This document shows, one piece after another, positions 12,501 to 25,200 of a DNA stretch of 64,000 nt; the first letter of the stretch is position 1; each line of letters opens with the position of its first letter. Below the pieces are notes generated by a model. The model was given only the letters and a program-made list of their open reading frames with translations, searched no databases and was not told where the DNA came from. The DNA comes from Lama guanicoe. Taxonomy: Eukaryota. The stretch is from positions 496,001-560,000 of the forward strand of contig MU056756.1 in assembly GCA_013239625.1 (NCBI GenBank). The letters are read 5' to 3'. The translations under genes and the position numbers were made by a program.

Positions 12501-15500
12501 CCCCCACCCCACGGGGAAAGGGCACTGGAAGTGTGTGCACACCAGAACAAGTGACCCTGTAACCGGAGGGCGCAGGCGACGAGGCGAGTGCGACCCCGCT
12601 GGACACGTCAGGTCACGGCGCTCGGGACTCAGGTGTAGGGCGCTAAACGGAGCCACCTTTGGACATCTTCAGGCCGTTGGTAAAAACTGCATCTCCTGTC
12701 AGTCTGATGCGTGCTTAGAACCATTGTGTTCAGGCCCTGTTCAAATTCTCGGGACGTTTCCCAAGGCTGGAAATCACTACGTTTAACTTTTTAGCCGTGA
12801 GCAGAGCATTTATTTGTCCACTCTCTGACGTGTGTCTGCACCGCCAGCCGGGCTGGTCCTGCCCCGAGCAGGAGCAGCTGGAGTCAGGAGGCACCGGACA
12901 AGAGGAGAGGAAGGGCAGGAGGGCCCTGGGAGGACGGAGCCCTCGCCCACGCAGGCTGTCCCTCTGGGGCGGAGCACCTTGGGCTGGTCCTCCTCAGCCT
13001 GCTTCTCCCCAGAAGGTCCCCCTTCCTTCTTTGCTCTGGTGTTTTTGTCCATAGAGCGGAGAGACCAGCCATCATCGGATCCCCTTCACGGGCTGTTTTG
13101 GTGCTTGAATCGGCTGAGGGTGGTGAAGGCCCCACTCTGGCCGGCCACCGCCAGTGTCACCCCGGCTCCGACGGGGGTTCTGATCACCTGGCATGGCTTC
13201 CACCACACACTCGTGACGGGAGCAGGTGTCTCTCCCCCGCTTTTTCCTTCCTTCGTATTCCACTGGCGTAGACTGTTTGTAAAGGCCAGTTGCCAAGATC
13301 AAGATTATACGCTTAAAAATTCTTCATTGATTTGCTTTGCTTTCTCTACAAAAGCAGCTGCCAAATTTAATCTGAGAAACTGCTCTTATATTCCAGAACT
13401 GCTACGTGCCTTGAGAAAGACGGAGGCTGAAACATCAAGTTAATTTAAGGGACTTGGAGTGAAGAGATTAGTCCAAGGAAACCACAGTTCTGTCTGCACG
13501 TTTATTTTTAATTGTCCCATAAGGATTCACGCGGCGTCGCCTTCTGAAATTGTTGCCGGGGAGGGGGGAGTGAAGGAATAAAAAATGCTGGGTATGGAAT
13601 TTATGAAACTTTATCTTTTTATTTTTGTTTCTAGAAAGTCATTTTTTGTTAATAGTAAAACACGTTGGCGCTTTTCACATGGAAAGCCCTCACACGAAGC
13701 TGCTCTGCGTGTCTGCTGCGTTCCGTGTGCTGTGGAGTTTGGGAGAAGAAGTCCAGGGCAACAGTGGGCATCCGGGGCCTGTTAGCCTGGAGAACGCGTC
13801 TGACTGCCCTTGCGGTGTGTTTGGGTCACGCTGGATTCAGAGGGAGCTGACCACTGCCCCCCGGAGGGTGACCCCTCAGCCCCCTCCCTTCTTGATTCCG
13901 GCACGGTTTAGTCTGGACTCCAGAAGCACACTTTGGGGCTGCCTCGGCTGGACCACGTGTTCCGATGATGCTCTGAGGTGCAGCGAGCTCACGTCTCCTC
14001 CGGAAAATCTGTGGGGCTTGCGTTCCCTCAGCTCCCAAAGGAGTTTGTCTGGAAAATCAGTCGTGTAAGACGCTTCGTGCATTCTGGGCGACAGAACCCA
14101 TCTCTCAGTTCTGTACCAGCCGGCTTTCTCTGCGGGTGAAGCACAGTTGGTCACAGAAGCCCGTGACCCACAGCAAGGGATAAACCACAGGTGAACGGTC
14201 CTGCCAGCCTTCTCCACGCACAGACGGCCGCGGCCCCGCCTTCAACAGCGTGGTTTGGAAACAAACCTTTGCAAGAGGATTTGCTGAGCTCGCAAGAGGG
14301 CTGTGGTCATTGGAGGGGATGGTGTTTGATGTGCCTCCCACGATGGACTTCGCGTTTAGGCCTCACTCGTGACCAGTATGACAAAGCCAGGCAGTGGAAC
14401 CACAGACCTACTGAAGCGGGAAACTTTTCTGTGCCCAGAAACACACATCCAGCAAACCAGCAGCCTCCCTCGAGGTGCGGGAACCGTGCGGGAAGTGGAT
14501 GAGAAATTGGATGGGCCGTCTGGCTTCTGAGCGGGGGTGTGGGACCCCAGGAGCACTGTGGGCAAAAAGCAGGTTGTATCTGCAGGAGGAGAGGTCTTCT
14601 AACCCTGCAGACACCTGCGGATCTGTCACAACCCTTTCTCCACGACGCACGTGGGATCTGGTACAACGCGTGTGCCCTGCAGTCCCTGGGGGGGACTCAA
14701 AGCCCTCAAAGAGCAGAGAGCGAGGCCCGTCAGAACCATAGGCCGAGGTCGTCGTGTAAGTGTTACTAGAGGGAAAAGGGAAAGGGTATCACCAAGCCCG
14801 CCCGTCGCCCCCAAACAAGCGTGTCTGCAGACAGCCGCGGAGCAGCCCCGACCGGGAGCACCCCCCCGGGGCAGGGGGGGCTGATCCGCTCTCGGGGAGG
14901 CAGGGGCTGCAGCCGTGGTGTCTCTGCCGTCAGGGAATTAATCGCAGGTGTCAGCAGCCCCGCTCTGCGGGGGAGGTGTCCTCTCGCTCAGCGTGGAGCA
15001 TTCCTGGAGGGACCCTGGGGAAATCACACTTAACATCCCTGGCAATTATCAGAGTCCTCGAGACGGGTCGCTGAGCTGCCAGGACGGGTGACGGGAGAAG
15101 CCAGCCTGGAAGGCGGGGGGGACACATCCCCCAGGCTCCGTGTTCAGGCTGCCGGAGCGTCCTCGTCCCTAGGAGGGTGGGCCCACTTTCCTGGCATCGA
15201 CCGCAGGGCTGTGAAAATCCTGCTTGGTGAACTAAAGTGATGCTGCATCGACGTGAGCTGGGGAGTCCCCGCGCGCCGGCGTCCTGGGCAGGGGGCGCTG
15301 CGTGGCGATGGCTGGTCTGCGAGCACCTCCCATGAGCCGGGAACGGAGCCATGATGTCATGTGTCTGGATGCACAGACATAGAGTCTCTCTTTTTCTTTC
15401 TCAAACTTTGTTTTGCCAACATTTTAACAGCCACGTCAACCCCTCTTCCTGTTGAGAATGTCTCGGCCGTTTCTGAGATGGAGACCCAGTGCCTTCAAAC

Positions 15501-17330
15501 CTGTCCTCTTAATTAGAGGACGGACATCATTTGAGGTCAGGACATTGCAGTCGAAGCCCGGATTTTCCACCTTAGCTGTGTGACTTCGTCCCGTTGCTCA
15601 CATGGGGGACGGTGCGCCTGCCGCGCCCCAGGGGGAAGGGGGCCTCTCTCCTGAGAATCTGTGTCTCAGCCCAGGTGATAAGGATGCGGGTGCCTCACGA
15701 GCCCTAGAGCTGGCATGAGCACCTGTTACTTCTGACTCAGACGCAGGCGTGAGATCACAGTTTCCGCGAAGCACCCGTCAGTCGCCCAGTTTCTGCGGGA
15801 CCTGAGGTGGACCTGACTCAGCAGGGGCCCTGGATGCTGGCAGCCCTTTCGGGGTGCTTCCCGCCACCTGCAGGCGCTCCGTCAGAGCTCCCGGAACCCG
15901 ACCTCGGGTGGGGGTAGGCGGCGCTGGGTCCTTCCACTGGTCCCTGACTGAGGGGCGAGGTTATTCCACCTCCACCAACTTTTTTGGTAAATATGCACCC
16001 AGCTTACACAGTAAAAGTAAATATTTTTGCTAAAAGTGGAGAAAATGGAATACTTTGTGCAGAGGATTCACCATATCATGGGCTGTTTTCCACCTTAAAA
16101 TACTTGTTTTGTCCCCAGAGGCCACTCTGGTCATCCCCCCGGAACTCTGCAGAGACACAGCTGCTGCCTGTGTTTTTGTATTTCCGATGCTGTGGCCTCT
16201 CTCCCTCTTTCCCTGCCGGGGGTTGGGTAGGGGGAGCTGTGTGCTTGAAAACGCGCGGGTCTGGGGGTCAGGCAGGCCTCGTGTGCATCGCAGCCCAGCG
16301 CCGTGGTGGCCGCGTGGGAGCCCTTCCTGGCCTTCCCCGACCTGGAGTTAGAACCAGGCACAGCCGGTGCCCTGGGTCGTCCCACCAGCACCAGCTGCCC
16401 GGCTTAGCTCAGGAGACACTTCCCTGTTGCCAAGGGGATGTTTCCAGAGGATGAAACTGTCGATCTCAGGCACCCACACCAAGACGCAAGTCGCCGAGGT
16501 TTGGGAGGAAAACCCGCCGCCCATCTCTAAGTGGGGGACCACCGCTTGCTTTCGACCAAGCAGTTTTTCTTTTTAAAAATAATTAATTGGGTCGAAATGT
16601 TTTAGTGAAACTAACAACAGCGGGGGAAATGAGAAACATTCTGCACAGGGAGCAGAAACGGGCAACACGCTCAGATCTGTCCCGAGGGCGGCGTTTGACC
16701 TCTCCCGACACGAGCGTCTTCAGGAGCCACTTCGCAGTGCAGACTGTGGAGCCTCAGAGGCTCACAGAAGAGACAGCAGCGCCTTCGCTGAACAGCCGTT
16801 GCCCGTTGCTATGGGAACTGTAGCTCACAGCCGTCTCCCACGCGGATCTCGCTGGGATTCAGACGGGTCTAATATCGACGTCCTGCCATTAATCGATGTT
16901 CTATGTCGGAAGTCGCGTCACTGTCACAACTGTCGAGCACAAACGTGAAAATAGGAGCATCTGTTAAAATGTGGTTGTTGGTTGTACAGAGACCCCAGCC
17001 TCGGTCTGGGTTTGGACGGGTGCGGAGGGGAGAAGTGGGGGCTGGCTGGCTGTGCCAGAAACGCGCTGCTTCGTCTTCAGCAGCGATTCACTGGGCAGAG
17101 CGGGATTAGGAGCTGAGACTTAAAGGACGCGTGCCACACAGGCCGTGTGTGGTCAGGGTTTAGTTTGGTAAGGCCCGCCGTGCGTGTGCGGAGATGGCGG
17201 GGAGGGGCAGACAGTGGGCGTCACGGGCTCCCGGATGGACACTGACACCTTCCCACCGTCGGGGTGACGGTGCACCATGGGAGACCCCAGCCGCTGCCTT
17301 CCCTGCCCTGGTTTTAAGCCCTTTGGCACC

Positions 17331-17460
17331 CAGGCAGGTGGGTACAGTGTCTCCTTCACTGACTTCAGGGACCTGGGCTTAGAGAGGCTCAGCCACTTTT
17401 TCAATGTCACACAGTTGTTCCGCTGCAGAGCTGGGATTCAGGGTGGAGCTCCTCCACTCC
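17331..17460 (-). mobile_element. MIR SINE relic
   Basis: gggcttagagaggctcagccactttttcaatgtcacacagttgttccgctgcagagctgggattca matches the antisense MIR core. Confidence 0.6.
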
Positions 17461-17769
17461 AGGACCTTCGTGTTTGCAGGTACCTCGTGCTGCTCTCTTT
17501 CCTAGACAAATACTGCGGCCGTTGCAGCAGCAGACTGGTGTGAGCCCAGGAGGAGAGCATGGAAATAGAACAGCAACAGAGGTGGCGTTGCCCGCATCCC
17601 CGGCTCCATGTGTCCTCTGGGCTCCGCTGAACGTGTGCTGGGCCAGTCGGCCAGGGGAGGGCTCCGGGAGGGCGGGTGTTAAGGGGAAGCTGGAGGGACT
17701 TCTGAGGCTGTGGCCGGCCTCCTGTGTCCACTGCTGGCCGTGAGCCTGAATCCGGCTTTTTTAAGGTGG

Positions 17770-17890
17770 CAGAATATTTTGGTATCGAGTGTCTGCTGTG
17801 TGCAAGGAGTGCTTTAGAGAGCTTAACTCATTCAACGCCCGTGACGCCTCGTGACCCTGGTCTCAGTTCAGACGGGGAATCGGAGGTTTG
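17770..17890 (-). mobile_element. MIR SINE relic (3' part)
   Basis: tatcgagtgtctgctgtgtgcaaggagtgcttt...aactcattcaac...ttcagacggggaatcggagg resembles antisense MIR. Confidence 0.45.
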
Positions 17891-18540
17891 TCAGGTCTGG
17901 GGCCCCGTGACCGACAGGGCAGGGCGGAGACCCGCCACCTGGCCCCACCCTCTGCCTCAGCCTCTCCCATCTCATCCTCGCAGGAAGGGAGGTGTTGGAT
18001 CTTACCTTTCTTAATTTAAAGAAGAAAGAAGAAGTTTGTTAGAGTGAGAGGGAAAAGGATCCTAATACAGCTTCCACCCAGCGTGTGAGTCACGGGCCTG
18101 GTCCCAGCTGCGCTATGAGCTAGTTCAGTCTTCATGGTGACCTGCCGTGAAGTTCTGTGCTGCAGGGTCTGTTGGATCTAACTTTGAAAAGGACTCACAC
18201 GAGAGACTGTCTTCTGCGCTGAATGTTGTGTCAAAGCTGCCTTTTCCCGGGAGCATCATGGGTGCCCTCCTTGCCCGAGGGTGGGCAGACTGGGAGCTCC
18301 TCACCCATGGGGAGGAGAGGAGAGGAGGTGGAGGAGGCCTGTTGCTGGGAAACGCGACACAGGTGCGTTTGCCATGAGACGCACCGAAGGCGGGAGGGGA
18401 TGTCGGCAGGAATTCGGAGAGACTGTGGGCCATTCTGATGGGAACGTGGCTGGTTCAGTGCAAGCTTGGCCAGCGACGCTGATTCTGCTCCGAAGGCGGG
18501 TCCTGGGTGGAGCTCCGAGCTCTTGACGTCAGTTCATTGG

Positions 18541-18700
18541 GTCCCACAGTCACCCCGTCCAACAGTCACCCCATCCCTCAGTTGCCCCCTCCAACGGTCA
18601 CCCCGCCCTGCAGTCGCCCCCTCTGGCAGTCACCCCATCCCATGGTCACCCCATCCAGCCAACACCCTGTCCCGTGGTCGCCCTGTCCCGTGGTCGCCCT
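18541..18700. repeat. Minisatellite, 10 copies of a 16-bp unit (consensus ~RTCCCRYRGTCRCCCC)
   Basis: Units read directly in exact 16-bp register: gtcccacagtcacccc, gtccaacagtcacccc, atccctcagttgcccc, ctccaacggtcacccc, gccctgcagtcgcccc, ctctggcagtcacccc, atcccatggtcacccc, atccagccaacaccct, and gtcccgtggtcgccct twice. Confidence 0.9.
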
Positions 18701-19839
18701 GTCCGGCGGCAGGAGGAGGCTGATGTCGGCCGGTGAACCAGCTTCTCTAGATGAGGGACCTGGTGCCTCTCCATCCACAGTGACCACAGCTCCTTCTACG
18801 TGTTTGTAGCTCAGGAACTCACTGGCGTGTGCAGTGCTGGTTTGTAACACGGGTTTTGATGACCGTCCATCTACGCGCACATTTTAAACTGCTGCTTTGA
18901 TGCCCAGGTTGGAGGAGTGACTCCTGAAATAGCTTTTGTAGAAAGAACCCAGCATAAAAGCACTGAGCCTCCGCGACGACCGGCCCCACGCTGGGATTTC
19001 TGGCCAAACGGCTGGTGCTCAGGCAGAAAAGCGAGCTATTCCGCGGTCACAGTTCCAGGACGTAAAAGCCACTGAAAGGAAGGCCGTTAGGAATGTAGGC
19101 CGAGGATAGGCGTCCGCGAGCCGGAAGCAGCGCAGCTCCAAGGGGCGGCGTGTGCGCGGGGGGTGTGCCCGGCCGGTCGGTGCGCGGCGTGGACGTCGGG
19201 CTGATCTCTTCATTAAGCGCTTTCTGAGGTTTCAGAGATTCCGGAGACTGACTGACGGGCGTGCTGCTTGTCCTAGTGTCACGCGGCTGCATTGAACCCC
19301 GCCTCCCGCGTCTGTGCTTGTCGAGCAACACAGCGTCTCGACAGGCGCCCCTGCTCTCACCGACGCTTGTTTTCCACGGCAAGCGCAAAGTGAAGGAGGG
19401 CCTTGCTAGTTCGACCAGTTCCTCTGGGGATGGTGTGCGTGCCCAGCGGGGACTTCCCTCAACTCTGGAGACGCAGAGTGACCTTGGCTTTTCCTCAGCC
19501 AGACGAAGAGAAGCCTCATCGACCCACCGCTCCCGCGTCGGGGGGGTCCAGCCGCCACGGCTGCGCCCGCCGCTCACGCAGACTACCCCGCATCTGCTAC
19601 GTCCGTCGTGCAGTGTGATCACGCCCTTCCCCATGTTGGGCGCTCTGAAAACAAGCCCGTGCGTCAGTGGCAGTTAATCTTCCAGCTGTGACTTCAGTTA
19701 CCTTCACTGATGGCCACGTAGCTCGCGGTGCGTTTCTGTTTGCTGGACCAACGCTAATTATATTATCACTTTAACACTACGCACAGTGGTGGGTCAACAC
19801 TGGGTAGTTCGATAGATACTAAAACAGTAACTTAGACTT

Positions 19840-20110
19840 TTCTCATGATGCAAAATTAATTCATAATCATTCTAGAAAATTCAGATAACAGGGATGAACG
19901 TGGAAAGATAGAATGCTCCCCCCAGAGATGATCCTGGCTAATGTCTGGGCATTATGCCCCCGCCCCCCGCCTCCCATGCGTGGACTTAATTATGGTGTCA
20001 AATATTATTTTTTATTTCTACTACTTGCACTTAATGTTTTAGCAATATCTTTCCCTGTCACCAAGTCCTTTTCTGCAACACAGATGTGGCATGACTGAAA
20101 TGTTCAGGGT
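19840..20110 (-). mobile_element. Old LINE-1 (L1ME-like) 3' fragment
   Basis: cccagagatgatcctggctaatgtctggg and ttgcacttaatgttttagcaatatctttccctgtcacc resemble antisense L1ME 3' ends. Confidence 0.35.
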
Positions 20111-20958
20111 CACATTACTTACAAGTGGAGCAGACTGAAGAATAAAGACCTATCTTGATTTTTTTAAATTGTAATCTTAAGTCCACCACAAAACAAAGAG
20201 AGCTGCGCCTTGAGGTTCATACCTGACCCACTTCTGACAGTCCTGTGGCTCTTCCAACGCTCCTGACCTTCCCGCCCCCGCGGGACTAGTGCTGGAGGGG
20301 AGCGCGAGCCCTCTGCCCGCCCTCCGTCCTCCGCCCCAGGGCTCGGCTCTGCCTTGTTGCCAGCAGCGCCACGGCGTCCTTTCCCAGGCCTGGAGAAGCG
20401 GGGGTCACGCTCTGGAGTGACTACAGACGGTACCGGTGAAGGCTCAGGTCACTTCCCAGACGGCAGCTGCCGGAGATCCGAGTCTGAACTATTTCCGCAC
20501 TTAAGGTCTTCCCTGCCCTGCTGTGTTTGCCCCCATTCCTCTGGCTCCGTTTCTGCGGTGGGATTCAGTTTTCCTTCTTGGATTAGAAAGACAGACCCCT
20601 CACAGAACATTCTGAGCGCCCGCCACAGCATCTCAGTCTCCCACCTTTCAGGGTTAAGATCCTGTAATTTAACTAGTTTATTGGCTGCAGCGTCTCCTCT
20701 CCTCACCCCCAGCTGGCCTTTGGGGTCTTTTCACAATCACACCGCCAGCAGCCGGGACTCAGACACCAGGTGCGTGCGCAGCCCACAGGAGCACGACTCA
20801 ATGAACTCAAATGCGTTCAGAGCAGGCATCTTGAAGTCTTTGATGTTTCTTTGCCATTCTTTTTAAACCTGCTTTTCACACGGAGACTCAACTGCCTCCT
20901 TCAGCACTGCTGTTCCCTCCACGACCTTGACAACCTGGTGCACGGCCTTGACAGCCCT

Positions 20959-21448
20959 TGTGACTGAGAAGCACTGCAGCCACGTCAGCAAACACAGGAG
21001 GCTGCTGCCGTCAGGCCACCAGCGGCCCCTGACGGCGAGGGGGGCCTCGGGATTCAGAGAGGCAGGAGGCCGAGCCTCTGCAGCCCCCAGCGGTGCCCCC
21101 AAGGGGACGCAGGACGGGAGCGCACAGGACGCCGCCCCGGACGGCCCAGGTGCACGTCACAGGCGTGATCTCAGCGAGCCCAGGTTCTGCACCGACCCAC
21201 ACAGAGAGAAGCACTGAATTCTCTAACTTGGAGTATCTGGTTTTCTGTCATTAACAGTCATCTCTTGATGCTCCGACTACCTGGTCTTTGTGGCAGAAAC
21301 TCCTATATATCCTGGCTCCTCCCCTGCCCCTTCTGAGCAGCGTCTTAGAGCAACCGGAGGGGCTGTCATCCCGGCTCGAGTCCTCAGAAAGTCCCCTGAA
21401 TGAAACGTAAACCCAGCTTTGAGGGTGTGCACTTGAGTCCAGCTGACG
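20959..21448 (+). mobile_element. ERV1-class solo LTR (resembles MER41-like cetartiodactyl LTRs), sense to DLGAP2
   Basis: Starts with TG (tgtgactgag) and ends ctgacg (CA changed to CG). It is flanked by a 4-bp target-site duplication CCCT (20955-20958 and 21449-21452), the ERV1-typical length. TATA-like tatata at 21304-21309 and a decayed polyA signal aatgaa at 21399-21404. The body resembles artiodactyl LTR consensus as recalled. Confidence 0.8.
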
Positions 21449-21529
21449 CCCTGATGGAGCGCTGGAACGACAGTGAGGAAGTGGCGATCTTGACCCTGAC
21501 GCTCTGGTTTTAGAGTCAGTTTTAACTGC

Positions 21530-21920
21530 TTTTTACTTTTTAATTGAGACAGAGCTGGTTTACAGTGCTGTGTTGATTCCCGGTGGGCAGCACGGTGGGC
21601 ATCTCTACGTGTGCATACACGTTCCTTCTCACGTTCTCGGTTCTAGGCCGTTGCAGGCATCGAGTGCAGGTCCCCCTGCTCTGCAGTAGGACCTGCTGTT
21701 TATCTGTTTTATGTACAGCAGTTAGTAACTGCAAATCCACAACGCCCACCTTGCACTCTCCCCTACCCCCGGTAACCACGGGTTTGTTCTCTGCGTCTGC
21801 CAGTCTGTCCCTGTTCTGTAAGGAAGTTCACTGGTGTCATGTTTTTAGGTCCCGCATGTGATGTCACGTGGTGTTTCTCTTTCTCTTTCTGGCTGACGTC
21901 ACTCTGTACAATGACCCCTG
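21530..21920 (-). mobile_element. 5'-truncated LINE-1 (3' UTR/ORF2 end), cetartiodactyl type
   Basis: T-rich tail on the + strand, followed by taattgagacagagctggtttacagtgctgtgttg...gcagtaggacctgctgtttatctg...ggtaaccacgggtttgttctctgcgtctg...tctctttctggctgacgtcact, matching the antisense L1 3' end as recalled. Possible degenerate target-site duplication tgaccctgac at 21491 and 21922. Confidence 0.8.
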
Positions 21921-22216
21921 CTGACCCTGACTCTTGACCTTTTGTGCACTTTCCAAACACCTCTTGAGGGTCAGCTAACATCGGGCATCACGGTGGGTCT
22001 GGGTGTTCAAAGATCCGTAGAACAGGGTTCGTGCCCTGAGGAAGCTGATGCAGACACCCAGGTCGGCTCAGCCAGCCCCTAAGGCTTGGCACAGACGAGG
22101 AGCCACGTGCCCCGGGGATCGGGCTCTGCCTGCATCCGGGCATGACCCTCACCACTGCCCCGTCCCTCTCGAGACTGCCCTGGGTGGGAAGCTGCGCCAC
22201 AGTCACCCTGACCCAC

Positions 22217-22385
22217 AGCACGGTCCTCAGCCGGGCTGGGACCAGCATCGCCTGGGGAGTCTCACACCTGCCGGAGCACAGCCCCCCGCCAGCGATGCCC
22301 ACGCGCCTGTCTGAGCCGGGTCAGGCCCAGAGTGTCCCCAGCCCCGGGCTGATGCTGCTGTGGCCCCAGGGCGGAGAGCCAAGCA
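22217..22385. mobile_element. MER5-family (hAT-Charlie) relic, heavily GC-shifted
   Basis: cacggtcctcagccgggctgggaccagcatcgcctggggag ... gatgctgctgtggccccagggcggagagccaagc parallels the MER5 termini (cagtggttctcaaa...atcacctggggag ... gattctaatgtgcagccagggttgagaaccactg). Confidence 0.5.
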
Positions 22386-25004
22386 TGACCGGTGTTCAGG
22401 CAGGCCATCAGCTCAGCCGGAGCAGGTCCAAGAAGTCTGCACAGGGTGGACCTGATGCTGGCTTCCTGGGGGCTCAAGATGGGCTGGGCCGGTGTGGAGC
22501 CAGCATCGGGAGGGGAGCCTGGGGAGGCGGCTGAGCAAGAGCCCCCTGTGCCTGGGCCTGGTGCGTCCCCACGGCCACAGCAGTGTGTCTCCCACCGTCT
22601 CAGGCTCTTGCCGACTCACGGGGTCTGGATCCCAGCCCTGGGCTGCCCTGAGAGTCTGCAGTCTCACCAGCTCCCAGGACCGCAGGCTGCTGGTCCTGGA
22701 ACCACACTTAGAAATGGGGCAAGGGGGCCCAGATGTCATCAGAACCGGGCTCCAGCCTCGCCGTGAGGGCTGGACCTTAGGGAGGGAGCGCTGAGCCTGG
22801 TCTCATAGGAAGAAGGCCGTCTCCCAGAAAGGAGCACCTCTCAGCACAGCTGACGGTGTGCAGAGGCCTCGAGCCAGGCCCGCTGGGTGGTGGCTGTCCC
22901 TTTGGTCCCTCTGTGTTAAGTGAGGCCACCTGCCCCCCCCAAGCCCGTCCATCCTCCTCACAGACCTGTCTTCCGTTCCAAACTCCCCTTCCTCCTGAGA
23001 GTTCTCTCCCACTGTAATTACTGGGCACTGCAGCTCTGAATACTGGGTGGGCCAAGTGTTCCGGGAGGACAGAAATGCTCCAGAACGGAGCTGCATGAGG
23101 ATGCCAGCTGTCCCTGCAGCTGGACGGCAGAGAAAAGTCTCTCCTCATCTGACGCTTGTGCCTCCTTTTGCTCCAAAGCCTGAGAGGCAGGAAGATGCTC
23201 TTTGGGCAAATGCTTAGAAAAGGGAGAGAGAACTAGTAAAGCACAGAAAATAGTTCCTTGTTTTTGGTTTTCAGAGAAGCACTGTAATGAGCAGTCCTTT
23301 AGGAAGTGCCAGCGAAGTGCGTTCTCGCGGCTTCTAAGCTAAAACTCTGCTGTAGGTTTACACAATTACTGTCTCTGTTTGAAAACGCGTCGTACCGTCA
23401 GACCACACGTGAACGTCCCGTCGTCTTCCCCTGCCCTGCACCGTCGCCGTCGGCTGAGACCCAGCCCGCGGCTTTCCCTGTGGGCCTAGCCCGCGTCTGG
23501 TCCTTTTACAAAGTCTAGTGTAAAGGGACGGAATTACACTTTCCGCGTGATTTTTCTCTTTACTTTCATGCTGAACCCGAAGCTGGAGTAACCGCTGGCC
23601 AGGCCTCCACCGTGGCTGAAAGGTGGAGCAGAGCCGAGCTGCCCCGGGCAGCGTGGACGGTGACAGTGAAAATACTGCGGCAGTATTTTCCAGGACCAGG
23701 CGGCTGTCATCTCCCTGCTGGGACCACCCTGAGGGCTCCTGGGCCTTGAACTCTGGGGTTCCACCCACTCCTCACGCACCCCCCCCCAGCTTCTTATTTG
23801 TCGAATGGGTTAGAACTGCCCACCTTGTAGGGCTGGGGGGGGGAGGGGCTCGGGCAGCGTGCAGTGTGCTGGGCCGTCCTGGAAACTGCGATGGTCCCTC
23901 TCAGCTGTCGTGGCTCAGAGGCCTTTGGACACTCCTGTCCTATGTGCACTGGCAGTAAGACGACATGCCAGCCCTCGAAGTCCCTAACCCGTAGCCTCAC
24001 CCATCAGCCAGATTGCCAGCCACACACCTCCCTGAGCCCTGCGGTTTCCTGGCTCATCACAGCATCACTTATCCAGTGTCTGCTCTTCCTCTGACACCCT
24101 TCCCCACCGTCCTCTCTGTGGGTTCTTCCTGGCCCCGCCTGCCCGCCCTTCAGGCCTGTCCCCATGTCCCCTGCCCCTGTCCCCTGGGCACACCCCATCC
24201 TGGTCATGCCATGGCCAGTGTGCTCCCCGCCCACTGTTTTCTTGCAGGAGCCGCAAAGACGAGCTTGGGGGGGTGGGGTGTGAGTGCAGGGGCCTCCCGC
24301 GCCAGGTACCAGGTCCGCGGTTCCTGTGTCCTTCACAGTGAAAACTAACAGGAACCAGGAGTAGTAGCTGTGGTGTCCAGAAGTGGAGACAGAGTTTCCA
24401 GGAGAAGCAGGGGCAGGCAGGGAGCCCAAGGCCGAGGAAGGAAGGCTCCTTGGGGCTGGACCACCGGGTGGCTGTCCACATGGCCCTCGGGAACTGGGGG
24501 TGTCAGCGCGCTGGGGGAGGGGCTGGGGGGGAGCAGCACTGGCAGAAGGAGGCTGTGCTTGGCCAGAGGCACTGCTGAGCCGAGGACGGACGGAGAAGCC
24601 TGCCTCATCTCGGGGTGCCTCCTCGCCGCAGAGGGTCCTGGAAAAGGCACGTGTCCTCCACGCGGCACCCACCAGACAAAGGAGTTTGTCAGAAACGGGA
24701 CACGGCGTGGACCCTGAGTGTGCAGGAGGCTCCTCAGCCCCAGCGAGGAGAGAGAGGAGGACAGGTGCTGTGTCCGTCAGGTGCAGGCGCAGGGAAGGAC
24801 CACACTCACGCAGGTGCGGCATCAGACAGGCGCTGGGGGTGGAGGCCGGTCACAGGGAGAGCATCTCAGAAGCCAATTTCCCGGGCCCTGCCCCACGCGG
24901 CCGATCAGACTCCGTGAAGACGGGGCCTGGCTGCTTTGGAGAAGCAGGACTTGGGTAACGGGGGGACGTTATCCACGGATGTGCAAACTCTGGAGATTCA
25001 AAGT

Positions 25005-25200
25005 CCGCCAGGCACTGTGCTGGGGTCCAGGCCACAGAGGCAGTGAGGCACAAGGAAGCCACAGTTCCGACGAGAGACAAGTTGTGAGCACGTACGTGGA
25101 GCGTGGGAAGTGGGTCAGGTGCACAGAAGGACGTGGGCAGAGGCGGGGTCTTCTCGGAGGAGGTGAGCCCCGAGCTGAGTCCCCGAGGTGGGTTTGGGCC
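25005..25200 (-). mobile_element. L2 LINE 3' relic
   Basis: gccaggcactgtgctggggtccaggccacagaggcagtgag...cttctcggaggaggtgagccccgagctgagtccc is typical of antisense L2 3' ends. Confidence 0.45.

Noticed and set aside
18541-18700. Regularly spaced repeat considered as a CRISPR-like array
   Set aside because: Head-to-tail degenerate units with no unique spacers, in a mammalian context with no cas genes.
19020-19620. Additional CpG-dense patches (here and near 27000-27200)
   Set aside because: Background CpG is high across the whole window and these patches lack a distinctive motif set, so I could not separate them from gBGC-generated CpG.
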